Source: Octopus vulgaris (taxonomy: Eukaryota). Taken from it: a DNA stretch of 64,000 nucleotides. Positions 1-11,894 of the stretch are shown here, piece after piece. The first letter of the stretch is position 1. Each line of letters opens with the position of its first letter. The notes under the pieces are model-generated. The model had not been told where the DNA came from. It was given only the letters and a program-made list of their open reading frames with translations, and made no database searches. The translations under genes and the position numbers were made by a program. The stretch spans positions 218,116,001-218,180,000 of the forward strand of contig OX597814.1 in the NCBI GenBank assembly GCA_951406725.2. The letters are read 5' to 3'.

Positions 1-339
1 ATAGAACTGTAATTCTGGCTGAAGTAGATACCGAGGCAGGGCACTGACACCTAGAATCCTGAAATGCGGTCGGTGGAAGTTCCACTATAGCGTTGAAAAG
101 GGGATTAGTAATGAGCCAGAGCAACGACGTCTTCGAGATTTTGGGTACCGACGAGTATCAACTAGCCGGTCTGTTCCGGGGCTCATGAATAATTTTTCAG
201 AAATTCCTAGCCTAGCAGTGCTAACGGGTGTCATCATTATTTTATTGCTTACACGCATTTATGTAAGCCCACGTTGTACTATATTGTATCGTCCTATATC
301 ACTCTTGCTCTTTTAGTAAACTCTTAGTGGTTAATAAAG

Positions 340-342
<3 letters not shown>

Positions 343-379
<37 letters not shown>
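343..379. repeat. (CAT)n microsatellite
   Basis: Direct observation. Confidence 0.95.
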
Positions 380-778
380 AAGGCGGCGAGCTGACAGAGT
401 CGTTAGCACGCCAGGCGAAATGCATAGCCGTATTTCGTCTGCCGTTATGTTCTGAGTTCAAATTCCACCGAGGTCGACTTTGCCTTTCATCCATTCGGGG
501 TGATAAATTAAGTACCAGTTACTCACTGTGGTCGATGTAATCGACTTAATCCGTTTGTCTGTCCTTGTTTGTCCCTTCTGTGTTTAGCCCCTTGTGGGTA
601 GTAAAGAAATAGGTAATTCACCTGTCTTCTCATTCTTCTTTCAAATACCGCCGGAGTCAACTTTACCTTTTATCCTTTCATGGTCGATTAAATAAATACC
701 AGTTACGCACTGGAGTCGATGTAATCGATTTAATCCCTACCCCCAAATCTGAGGCCTTGTGCTTCTAGTAGAAAGAAT
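380..778 (+). mobile_element. SINE family C with Nin-like central domain (one full copy plus an adjacent partial copy)
   Basis: B-box-like GAGTTCAAATTCC followed by gtcgactttgcctttcatcc...gataaattaagtaccag. Partial repeat at ~640-778; degraded copies at ~57450-57610, 62187-62385 and (minus) ~23460-23700. Confidence 0.75.
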
Positions 779-793
779 TATTATTATTATTAC

Positions 794-891
<98 letters not shown>
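778..891. repeat. (TAT)n microsatellite, probably a SINE tail
   Basis: Direct observation. Confidence 0.95.
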
Positions 892-899
892 TTAAAAAG

Positions 900-998
900 G
901 ATTGATGTAACTCCTCACAAAGGTAAATAGACAAGACGAAAAGCACGATTCGATTGTAATAGATATTTTATTGGTTGAACGATATTTCGACGGTAAGT
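900..998 (+). promoter_or_regulatory. Candidate CpG-retaining promoter/first exon ending in a consensus splice donor
   Basis: Several CpGs in unique sequence, ATTGG (reverse CCAAT) at 970-974 and ACG|GTAAGT at 992/993. Unique sequence downstream is visibly CpG-poor. Confidence 0.35.
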
Positions 999-1141
999 CA
1001 AGTTCAAAATAAGAAGTGATAAAAATTCAAAATTATAGAAATTTAAATTCCAAGTTTAGTCTTCACTTTAACACTCTCCCAACTCTGCTATGATCATCTC
1101 ATCTGCTTTTTTTCCGATTTCTTTTTTCAAACATAGTGTTT

Positions 1142-1142
<1 letters not shown>

Positions 1143-1179
<37 letters not shown>

Positions 1180-2216
1180 TTAATGTCTGTTGTCTATGTT
1201 GGCATAAGTCGGACGGTTTGACCTGGGCTGGCAAGCTTGAAGGCTGCACCAGACTATCAATCTGATTTGGCATAGTTTCTATGGCTGGATGCCTTTCCTA
1301 ATGCCAACCACTCCAAGGGTGTAATGGGTGCTTTTATGTGCCATTTTTGTGACACCAGTATCTGTCACAGCTGTGATTTTACTTGGCTTGATGGGTCTTC
1401 TTCTCAAGCATGGCATTACGCCAAAAGTCTCAATCATTTGTCATCACCTCTTTGGGGCCCAACACTTGAAAGGTGCTTTTTATGTGCCACTGGCATCAGC
1501 CACTTTACCTCTGTGAGGCCCAATGCTCGAAAGGTGCTTTTTATGTGCCACCAGCATATGTGACACCAGCATCGGCCATGACTAAAATTTCACTTGCCTT
1601 GCTGGGTCTTCTCAAGCACAGCATATCACCAAAGGTTTCAGTCCCTAGTCATTGCCCCCGTGAGGCCCAAAGTTTGAAGATCATGCTTCACTACCTTGTT
1701 CTATGTCTTCCTGTGTCTACCCCTAATACAGGTTCCTTCCACAATTAGAGATCGGCACTTCTTTATACAGCTGTTCTTATCAATATGCATCATATGACCA
1801 TACTAGTGCAGTCATCTCTCTTGCACACCACATCTGATGCCCAACTTTTCTCTCAAGATGCTTACACTCTGTTGAACATGCACACTGACATTGCACATCC
1901 AGTGAAGCATACTGGCTTCATTTCTTTCAAGCCTATGCATGTCCTTGGCTGTCACAGCCCATGATTCACTGCCATGTAGCATAGCTGTTCACACACGGGC
2001 ATCACATCACACAATCTGCCTTTCACTTTGAGGGAGAGGCCCTTTGTTGCCATCAGAGGTAGAAGCTCTCTGAACTTTGCCCAGCCTAATCTTATTCTCA
2101 CAGTTATTCTCTCAGAGCATCCAACTCTGCTACTAACTTGGTCACCTAGATAACGGAAGCTATCTACTTCCTCTAGCTTGTTCTCCTGGCATTTGATGGA
2201 GTCTATTTTCTGTACA
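1143..2216 (-). mobile_element. RTE-clade LINE, 5'-truncated (ORF2 C-terminus, 3' UTR, (GAT)n tail)
   Basis: ORF 1952-2239 LEEVDSFRYLGDQVSSRVGCSERITVRIRLGWAKFRELLPL is homologous to 63558-63800; family tail ends in (GAT)n. Confidence 0.9.
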
Positions 2217-3391
2217 TAGGAAAATATTATCTGATGCATCTGTCCTTTTTTATGACAATAAGAAGTGATTCAAAAGAAATTTTTTCTTATTTTTGTAAGG
2301 TTGAGTGACCATGTAGAGAGACAGCCATTGGCTTATTTGTGGTTTATTCCAGGTCAGCCTTCATCCAGCAGATCTATGATCAAACTCATTCCAGTTGTAA
2401 CCAATCATTTGTTTTTCTTTTGCAGAGACAAATGTATTAAGGGATGCATTATCCAATGTGACACTCTCTTTTTGTAAGATGATACAGTGTCATTTGAGCT
2501 AGATGTGTTGGCTATTTCTAGCAACATGAATGAGAAAGTAGAAGTTCTCTCATTACCAGTATGAAAAGCCAGTTGTTAAGTACCTATGTACAAACATACT
2601 TATTCACAATATCACTGGATGTACTATTCACTGTTTCGCTTAAGTATGTGACCGTGAGTACATGTCATTGACAAGGTTCAAGAAGGTCAAAGTGCAACAG
2701 GCATTCTTGCTAGCCACCGCAGGGGTTAATTTTTTGTCTGTCTGTTTGTCTCTGATATAAATATTATATCACGGATGAAAATTGCAGTAACTGGCCTGTT
2801 GACAGTGTATATACATTAAGTGTGATACATAAATAGCTATTTTAATTTAATTCTGCTTCAATTGCATACACCAGATTCTTATGCAGACCAGCAGATAATC
2901 ACAATATCAGTGAATATGTTATTTACTGCTTCAGTGAATATGTTATTTACTGCAACAACAAGTTTCGTCAAAGCATGTGGCTGTGAGTATATACCACTGA
3001 CAAACGGTCAAAATATAACTATTATTCTCACTCATCTGCTGCCAGGATGACTTCTTTGCCGTCTGATACAGTTAGATAGTGTTGTTTAACAGTGAACATC
3101 TATAAAAGATTTTAGCTCAAACAAAAATCACAGTGTCTTGCATGTCAACAATGTATATCCATTAAGTATAATCCATAGATGGATACTCAGCTGTTTTTTC
3201 AAGCTGGCATAAACTTAGCTAGATCTGCAGTATGGCACAATATCATTCATCCTAATTCTGTGTCAGTTTGTTTTCCAAATCTGAGCATATCACATCTTCC
3301 TATATCTTCATTTGCTACTAGTGCCCTTTACTCATTGCTAATGCACTGCACTTTTTTTTTAATCAACCAAGTGATGCCTATATGCATTAGA

Positions 3392-3781
3392 TGTGGAAGC
3401 GCAATGGCCCAGTGGTTAGGGCAGCGGACTCGCGGTCGTAGGATCGCGGTTTTGATTCCCAGATCGGGCGTTGTGAGTGTTTATTGAGCGAAAACACCTA
3501 AAAGCTCCACGAGGCTCCGGCAGGGGATGGTGGTGATCCCTGCTGTACTCTTTCACCACAACTTTCTCTCACTCTTTCTTCCTGTTTCTGTTGTACCTGT
3601 ATTTCAAGGGGCCGGCCTTGTCACTCTCTGTGTCATGCTGAGTATCCCCGAGAACTACGTTAAGGGTACACGTGTCTGTGGAGTGCTCAGCCACTTACAC
3701 GTTAATTTCACGAGCAGGCTGTTCCGTTGATTCGGATCAACCGGAACCCTCGTCGTCGTAACCGACGGAGTGCTTCCCCCC
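3392..3781 (+). mobile_element. Young tRNA-derived SINE, family B
   Basis: A box TGGCCCAGTGG, B-box-like GTTTTGATTCC; 12-bp TSD atatgcattaga (3380-3391 / 3782-3793); near-identical copies at 20969 and 57048. Confidence 0.92.
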
Positions 3782-4923
3782 ATATGCATTAGACATCTAT
3801 ATGAGCACTGTAAGCTTTTCTGTACACATTAGCTAATACCTTTTTCTCTTGCTACCTTCTTATCTAGCTTGCACTCTGCCTTTCATACAAGGTAATATTG
3901 TCTATTCAGTGGGACATATTCATCTCTTTTCTCTCCATCATCTGTGGATTTTCTACATTCAGTGCCAACGTCTAACGACCATGCAACGTCATGTTTCTTA
4001 TGCATGCCTCCTTATACAACCACACTTCAGTAATCCTAAATATTTTTCATGATAGAAAAAAATCTGAAAGTTAGAGTACGCATAAAGTACCAGACTAAAT
4101 GTAATACAGCAGTTACTTTCATCTCTCTTGTTTTTGACATTAAATCTAGACCGGATTGACTTTGCTTTCCATTATTTGAATGAAGGTCAATAAAATAAGA
4201 GTCGTATAATGAGGATGATACAACACACTGCACTCTCCTTCATTTGCCAGGTCTCCTTTATTTATGACACCTCATTAGAGGTGCCAGGTTTCACCACCAA
4301 AGACGTTTAATAATGGGAAGTCTGAGTTGCTATAGAAACTATCATAGTAACAACTAACAATAGAGCTATAAAAGAGATTACGCTTAGTATAAAACTGGCC
4401 TATATTATCAGATGAGCTGATACAAATATAACAATTCACATATTTCTAGGGTAACAGCTTTAGAAATGAAAAATAAAAGATTGACAAATCTAATAATTTT
4501 CTTTTACTGCTTCAGTCTAGAAATTCTCCAAGGTAGAGAGATATCTAGGATTTATTTCAAGTTATATATGTTAAATATTTTACTAGTAGTAGCAAAAATA
4601 TACCTTCAAAACAAAATTTGATAGGTGTATTTCAATATGTTTAGGTTTAAGTGCTGGATATTAAGTTCATAGAATCATCAGTTAAAAAGGCAAGGGTTTG
4701 ATGATGTGTTTCTAGCGACCAGTGTTAAAACGTTTGTATAACAAAAGTATTTATATATTTTCGGTAACATAGTCCATCCAGCCGTAAAGAGGTTCTTTGT
4801 TAGGGTACAGTTGACAACAGTACATAACAGCAGATGGAAGCCCTCCTGAGTACAGCAATATCATTAACAAGTATGTGGTTGCTTGATCTGCCTGAAATAA
4901 CAACCATATCTCTCTTTAATCAC

Positions 4924-5200
4924 ATCATCATCATCGTTTAACGTCCGCTTTCCATGCTAGCATGGGTTGGACGGTTTTGACTGAGGGCTGGTGAACCAGA
5001 TGGCTGCACTAGGCTCCAATCTTGATCTGGCAGAGTTTCTACAGCTGGATGCCCTTCCTAAAGCCAACCTCTCTGAGTGTGTAGTGGATGCTTTTTACGT
5101 GCCACTGGCACGGGGGCCAGTCAGGCGGTGCTGGCAACGACCTCGCTCGAATCCTTTTACACAATGCCACCAGCACAGGTGCCACCAGTACAGGTGCCAG
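4924..5200 (-). mobile_element. RTE 3'-end fragment
   Basis: (cat)n-cgtttaacgtccgctttccatgctagcatggg...ctggatgcccttcct family tail. Confidence 0.88.
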
Positions 5201-6549
5201 TAACAGTTTCTTATAAAAGGAAGGACACATTGGATAATATACTTCATACTGGAAGATGATGGCATGATCAAGCTAAGAGTGTCTTTGATCATAGATTTAC
5301 ATGATCAGAGCTTACTGGGACCAAACAACAATAACAACAACTTCATTAAAATAGTGTTACAGTAACTGAAATAGCATTGGACATTTTGCCATTATCAAAA
5401 CTCTTATCTCCAGCACATTTTCATGATGTATCGCACAATGAGGAAAGTTTCTTCATAGAAGACTAAATGAATTTGCAATATTACAAGGTACTTAACAGAA
5501 TTCTTTTTGAGAGAAACCTCTTTTTTTAGGTCAATCTCTGCTGGTTAAACTTTTTTTATATCCTTACACTCTTAAAACTCTCATTATATCCTTACATCCC
5601 ATCAGTATGGTTTTAGGTTCAGTCCCACTGTCTGGCATCTTGGGCAAGAGTTTTTTTTTTTACCATAACTCTGACCAAAGCCTTACAAGTAGATTTGATA
5701 AACTGAAACTGGAAGAAGACTGTCCCAAATGCATGTGTGTGTGTGTATGTATGCATGCACACATGTTTGAATGTATCAGTATGCGTTTGTTTATATCTGC
5801 CATCACTTGTATGAAAATGTGGTGAGTACTTTGTACTTTAAAGCCATGTGGATAAAGAAACCTGTCTGTAAAACTCTGCCTCAGATAACTTATTCATCCA
5901 ATCCATGCAAGGATGGAGATATGGACATAAAATGAAATGAATAAAAAACCTGCTTCAGTCTAGCTTAAAATAGACTTGTGCTACATAAGTAGATCATCAA
6001 AGGAATCATTACTAATCAAGCTATGATCCTCATCTCTTTATGGTAGCTGTGCTGCTCTAATATCCAAAACTAAATTATGGGTTTAGAATTTAAAGATAAC
6101 AGAGTTTGTTGAAAAAATATATTTGGCTCTTATAGGAGCAGGCTCAAACCTTGTAAAAGTTCTATCTGACTCAAGTGTACACAGTTCTTTTTCTGTTTTT
6201 GCTGAGTCTAGAGTCTGATTCGCAACCATTTTTTTGCCTATAGACCTCTTTGATTTCTATTTTACTCTGCTTGATCTCCATAGCTATTCGATGTATATAT
6301 AAAAAATCCTATTGTATTTTCATGACTAAATATTATTAGGAATGGTATTAATAAATTTTAAATATATTGTGTATTGTAGTATAAAAGTATAAGCAATTTA
6401 TTGCACATAAATTTTTATAACTAAACCTTATATGGACCCTGATTGAGAACCAATGATCTAAAGAAAGGGACAGGGCTCACAACCTTAGCAGGCCCTTTGA
6501 GACCAATGGGTTTGTTGTTATGGTTCCATTAAAACTTTTTCAAGTCAAC

Positions 6550-6990
6550 AACTGTAGGAAAAACATGAGCAGGGAGGAGATTCAAAAGGGTCAAAGCTCA
6601 GGGAAGGAAGGGCTAGGAATAATACTTATTGAGAGGCCTGTGAAGGTTAAAAACAATGAGGATGATATGAGGTTGAGCGACAAGTGGGTCAGGAGTGTCT
6701 GAATGGAGAATGTACAAGATCTGCCAGCTCTGAGGAACAGAAGCTATTCTCGTAACAATAAATAAAGCAAACATTGTCATTCTCTGGATGCAGTTCAGGA
6801 TATCTGTGTGTGTAGCAGCAACACTTTTCTAGATGTGGGAGCAATACTCCACTGTAGGCTTCATTTGTATTTTATAGGGTGTCAGCAAATTGCTGGAGGT
6901 CGAAATACCTTAAGGCACTGAAGAGAAGCGCCAGTCTTAAGAATGTAGTATCAGTCATGTTAAGGATGTGCTTTCACCAAGAAAGTGATA
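6550..6990 (-). mobile_element. Degenerate L2/Crack/Jockey-like LINE ORF2 C-terminal relic
   Basis: Minus strand reads LLTPYKIQMKPTVEYCSHI*...LNCIQR, like the LINE motif LYK.QhRP.hEYCSHhW...L..hQR. Confidence 0.6.
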
Positions 6991-7169
6991 GTGAGAAATA
7001 GCATTAGGAGTAAGCATGACAGCAGGCTCCAGTTATTATTGATGACCATAGAAATGATTACACTATGTCTATTACCAACTAGTAGTTATATATTAATTCT
7101 TAATGAAGTTCATTGTATTTGTTTCACTGACTACATTGACTATTACTATTTTTATGTTATGTAGTAAGT

Positions 7170-7500
7170 CTGCCATAAGCCATTAAGCTAAGGGGAATCA
7201 CTTAAGATTTTGTCCATATGTCTAACACTCATGGATGAGTTTACAAAATCAAAAAACAACACAGCACCCATGACTTTTGGAAACAATTTTTCATGCTCAG
7301 AATTGCTGAAGTATGGAATAAACTACCCACATCGTTTGTTAGCTGTTGGGACACTACATCCTTCAAAACTTCCATCCTTCTTGAAATTCTCCAGCAGTAC
7401 ACCTGATGCCCTCCCCACCATCGTTTTTACTGTTCCTTTGAATATTCTATATGCTGTCCATACAGTTTGGGTTACTTTTTCTGATGAGTTGTGCACCTGA
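7170..7500 (+). mobile_element. CR1-like LINE 3' end
   Basis: Reads HDFWKQFFMLRIAEVWNKLPTSFVSCWDTTSFK (CR1 'FF..RV...WN.LP..VV......SFK'); homologous to 53880-54300. Confidence 0.8.
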
Positions 7501-7742
7501 ATATTGCATTTGTCTCTTGTGCACCTGAACATTGCATTTGTCTCTTGTGCACCTGAATATTGCATTTGTCTCTTGTGCACCTGAATATTGCATTTATGTC
7601 TTGTGCACCTGAACATTGCATTTATCTCTTGTGCACCTGAACATTGCATTTATCTCTTTTGCACCTGAACATTGCATTTATCTCTTGTGCACCTGAACAT
7701 TGCATTTATCTTTTGTGCACCTGAACATTACCACTTATCTCT
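7489..7742. repeat. 28-bp minisatellite, 9 copies (gtgcacctgaayattgcatttrtctctt)
   Basis: Units start at 7491, 7519, 7547 ... 7687, 7715. Confidence 0.95.
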
Positions 7743-8189
7743 TTTTATTTTTATTTTTTAAATTTATTTATGATGGTGAACTGGGGGTCATGCTGGAGCC
7801 ACTGCCTTGAAGGGCTTTAATCAAACAAATCAAACTCAATATTTATGTTTTTTAAGTCTTATTCTATTGGTCTCTTTGCCAAACTGCTAAGTTATGGAGA
7901 TGTAAATGAACCAACACCAGTTGGAGTGGGGTAAACAAACACAAACACACACATATACATACAAATATATATATAAGTAATTATTTAAAACTTGGGTATA
8001 CACCTCATAATATGCCAATTAAAGCACTTTCACTCTCTACAGCTACCAGGTGTCATCAACAGTATGGATATAAATGCCACTGGTTCTGCTTCAGGAATTC
8101 CTCAGTGTCCATTGAGTATATAACAAATGAGAGAAAGAGAAAATAGAATTCATGAAATTCTTTATTAATCACAACAATCATTTTGACCC

Positions 8190-8959
8190 ATCTTGCGTCA
8201 GTCTTTCACGGGTGAGATACTGTGGAAAAGCAATTCATGCTCTGCTGCATCTGGGCCTCAGTGGTGGTGTTGAGTATACAATCATCCATGAACAGGAAGT
8301 CATCGTTCACCTTGATCTTGGCTTGTATCCTCTGCAGGTTGAAGATTCTACCATTAGTCCTGAATCTGATATTCTTGCAGAAGGCATCTGACAGCATGGC
8401 TGACAACATCATACTCAACAACATATGCGTGAGTATACAGCCCTGCTTAACTCTGTTAGTGATTGGCGATGTATTGGAAGAATCTACACCATCCAATGCT
8501 CAAGTGAGCGTGCCATCAGGAAATTGTTGGAACCTGCTGATGAAATTGCTGAACTTTACCATGATCTTCCAAAGCCATTCATAACTGATGGTGTCAAAAG
8601 CCTTGGTTAGGTCTACAAATGTTGTGTATATGTCCTTCTTCTGTTCCTGGCACCTCTGAAGCTGGCATGCAGCAAAGATCATATCAACTGTCTCATGGCT
8701 CTTTCTGAACCTGGCTGATGGAGCTGCACAATGTGAAACAAAACCTCAGTGAGAACCTGGACAACTTCCATGTGCTGAGTGAGGCAGTTAAAGAGAACTC
8801 TTGTGAGTATTTTGCCCGTGATGACAAGAAGAGAACTTCCTTGCATATTGACACAAGCCTAACTGTTTCCCTTTCTCTTGTAGAAATGGACAATAGAATC
8901 ACCCTTGAGCTCCTGAGGAACAACTTTCTGTTGCCACATGGTTTGAAATAGACTGGTGA
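8190..8959 (-). mobile_element. RTE/BovB-like LINE reverse-transcriptase fragment (pseudogenised)
   Basis: MIFAACQLQ-RCQEQKKDIYTTFVDLTKAFDTI, VKQGCIL and FLFMDDC motifs with frameshifts. Confidence 0.9.
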
Positions 8960-10500
8960 ACCAACTCAGCATTGGTACAAATGGAGCAGAAGAGGACTGG
9001 ATGGTGTTCAGAGATGTGGTATACAACACTTCACTCACACATCTGGGTCAGAACATATGTAGACACTGTAGCGTAACTGACATCCTCACTGTTTGAGAGA
9101 CATATTAGAAATGATCTCATGCTAGATAACAACCATCTTTGGCTAGTTTGACCCTGTTGTGTCCACTGCTCTGATTGGTTGGCATTTGGCGCAGTTTGTC
9201 TAGTGTCTTATTTCGTGCCAGTGTGTAAGCCAACCAATCACAGCCTTCAGATATGGTCTTGTGACACTGTTTTTCTCATGCCTACCCCTGGCTTTATAAG
9301 GCGCCAGCATTCACTATTCCAGGTCTTTTGGCTCTAGACCTTCTAAGGTCTAGTCACTGACCACAGAGCTACTCAACCATGTTCCTGCAACACCGGTCTT
9401 AGGTTCCAGTCCTTTTCAGGACTAGCCTCTGACCCTGAGCGATTCAGCCATGTTCTAGTTCTAGCAACAGACGACCAGTCGGCCAACCATGTTCCTGATC
9501 CAGGCATGACAATGCTAATATACACCAGCAGCATAAGATATCTCCACCACCATCAACTTCAAATACGTACACAGCACTCGCTCAGGTTTAAACTCCACAC
9601 TGTTGTGAATATTTCACCGAGGTAAACAGTTACAGTCTACCTGAAAGAACTTCCTGTATCAAGAGACTCGGCACAGCATTGAAGCCACAGACCACTACAT
9701 GACAAGTGTCCAACTGGCATTGTGGCCTTATATTTTGTTAGGGGCGACCATGCGGTGTTCAAAAGGAGACATTTGTCACCAACTCCTTACGTACGGTCGT
9801 ATTCCCTACAACACTAAGGCTGGTTTGATGACAATAATGATCTTTAGAAGCTGCTTGATGAGAAGCGTGAAGCCTTCAGAGTATTTCAGCAAGACAGTAC
9901 ATCAGCTTCCAAGAAAGCAGCCCATAATGACACCAAAAGAAAGATACAGGTAAAACTCAGAGAGATGAAGGATTCCTGGCTCAGCAACAAGGTAGATGAG
10001 ATCAACATCTCCAATCACTTCTTTGATGCCCTGAAAGCCATCCATAGAATATCACCACTGCTCAGTAGTGACAGGATTAACCTCTTCACTAACCAAAATG
10101 CAGTCCTGGAAAGGTGAGCAGGACATTTCATTAACATCCTCAACAAGCCTTCCTCGGTCAACACTGAGGCCATTGCTTGCATGCCCCAAGAAGCTTAATT
10201 GCCTGAAAGCAATTAAGCTTCTCTCAAATAGCAAGGCAACAGGCTCTGACTTCACCCCAGCTGAAATATACAAGGCAGGGGGACCAGTTTTGGCACAGAA
10301 GCTCACCAGTCTATTTCAAACCATGTGGCAACAGAAAGTTGTTCCTCAGGAACTCAAAGGGGATACTATTGTCCATTTCTCCAAGAGAAAGGGAAACAGG
10401 TAGTCCTATGTCAATATGCAAGGAATTTCTCTTCTTGTCATTGCTGGCAAGATACTCACAAGAGTTCTCTTTTAACTGCCTCACTCAGCACATGGAAGAC
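8960..10500 (+). mobile_element. RTE/BovB-like LINE ORF2 fragment, inverted relative to 8190-8959 and interrupted by a solo LTR
   Basis: KAIKLLSNSKATGSDFTPAEIYKAGGPVLAQKLTSLFQTMWQQKVVPQELKGDTIVHFSKRKGNR; the frame CRH|*GWFDDN rejoins across the 9067-9810 insert. Confidence 0.88.
9067..9810. mobile_element. Solo LTR (Gypsy-like) nested in the RTE relic
   Basis: Termini TGTAG...CTACA, 4-bp TSD ACAC (9063-9066 / 9811-9814), internal CCAAT and TATAA. Removing it restores the RTE reading frame. Confidence 0.75.
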
Positions 10501-10539
10501 AGCTATATATATATATATACACACTTACACACACACACT

Positions 10540-10587
<48 letters not shown>

Positions 10588-10789
10588 AAATAATGGAAGC
10601 ATCAGTGCTTATTTTACTGTATTTTCTAATCAAGATTAGTCATTAATAACAATTTAGATTGCTTGCAAGTGATATGTAAATGCATTGCTGACATCTAGAG
10701 CCTAATGTTATAACCCTATATCTTATCTTTTTCAAATAATTATATTTATATCTAACAAAATGTTGACCTTATTGATTTTCAATTGTTGG

Positions 10790-11750
10790 AACTCAAACAG
10801 TTGAAGTCTCAGTGATTAAAACTGCATAACTATTCCATGTTTTGAGAGATACTGTCTATAAAATTATGACAACATTCCCAAAACAAGGGGGAAATGAGCT
10901 CTGTAAAGTGTGTTTCTAGTCGGAATCAGTACTCTCAGAAAGGGACTGTAGGGCATTAAAATGTATTGCTGCTAAAAATCATAGAACCATTGCAACAAAA
11001 GTGACTACAGAGTTAAACTAAAACCTTGCAAAACCAGTGTTGGCCCAAACCCTTCATCTTGAGCTTCAGAGTGTTGGATATCAAGGGAGAACTGCAATTG
11101 CAAAACCTTTCCTTTCTGCCATCAAATAGTGTAAAGATCATCAGAAATGGTCAATGGATAAATGGAAGAATGCTATCATGGAAGAATCATCCTTCACTCT
11201 TTTCCTAAGATTAGAATGAGTTTACATTTGGAGGCAATCCAAAGAAGCATACGGTCCTAGCTGCTTGACCCCTGCCATTAAATATGGAAGTGGGTCTGTG
11301 TTGATTTGAGCAGCAATATTTTGGAATTCTCTTGGTTCTGTTGTTGCACTTCATGGTGTGGGGGGAATTTACAAATTTTGGGTGACTCAGTTCATCTTAT
11401 GATGTAGGCATTATTTCCTAATGGTGAAGCAATCTTCCAAGATGATGATGCACTAATCCACACTGCTACAGTGGTCCAAAATTGGTTTCAAGAACACAAA
11501 AGTCAAGTGGAAAACTTAAATTGGCCCACACAATCACCAGATCTAAATATTATTGAACATTTATGGTGCACTTTGGAGCAACAAATGAGGATTCATTTCC
11601 CTCCTCCAATGTCACTAAAGAAGATGGAGTAAATTTTGCTGGATGAATGACTCCAAATTCCTCCAGCAATTGTTCACAATCTGTACAAGTCTATTCCTCA
11701 ACATATCGCAGCAGTTATTGTGGCAAAAGGCTGGCCACATCATATCAAAT
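10790..11750 (+). mobile_element. Degenerate Tc1-type transposase
   Basis: YGSGSVLI*, IFQDDDALIHTA and WPTQSPDLNIIEHLW motifs with stops and frameshifts. Confidence 0.85.
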
Positions 11751-11894
11751 ATTAAATAATGACTGTGGCCATGCTGGAGCACTGCCTTAAAGAGTTTTTA
11801 ATTGAAGAAATTGACCCCAGGACTTATTCTTTATAAGCCTAGTACTTGCCAAACCGCTAAGTTACAGGGATGTAAACACACTAACATCATAACA

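Noticed and set aside
1-340. CpG-rich segment ending AATAAA-(CAT)n as a gene 3' end
   Set aside because: No interpretable ORF; it could equally be a young retroelement end, and it is truncated by the window edge.
3032-3099. Minus-strand 68-nt exon candidate MFTVKQHYLTVSDGKEVILAAD
   Set aside because: Splice signals are plausible, but it is isolated, with no recognisable family or partner exons.
3392-3470. tRNA genes at SINE heads (also 20969, 29968, 41400, 57048)
   Set aside because: A and B boxes are present, but there is no complete acceptor stem and each head continues into a multi-copy SINE body, several with TSDs.
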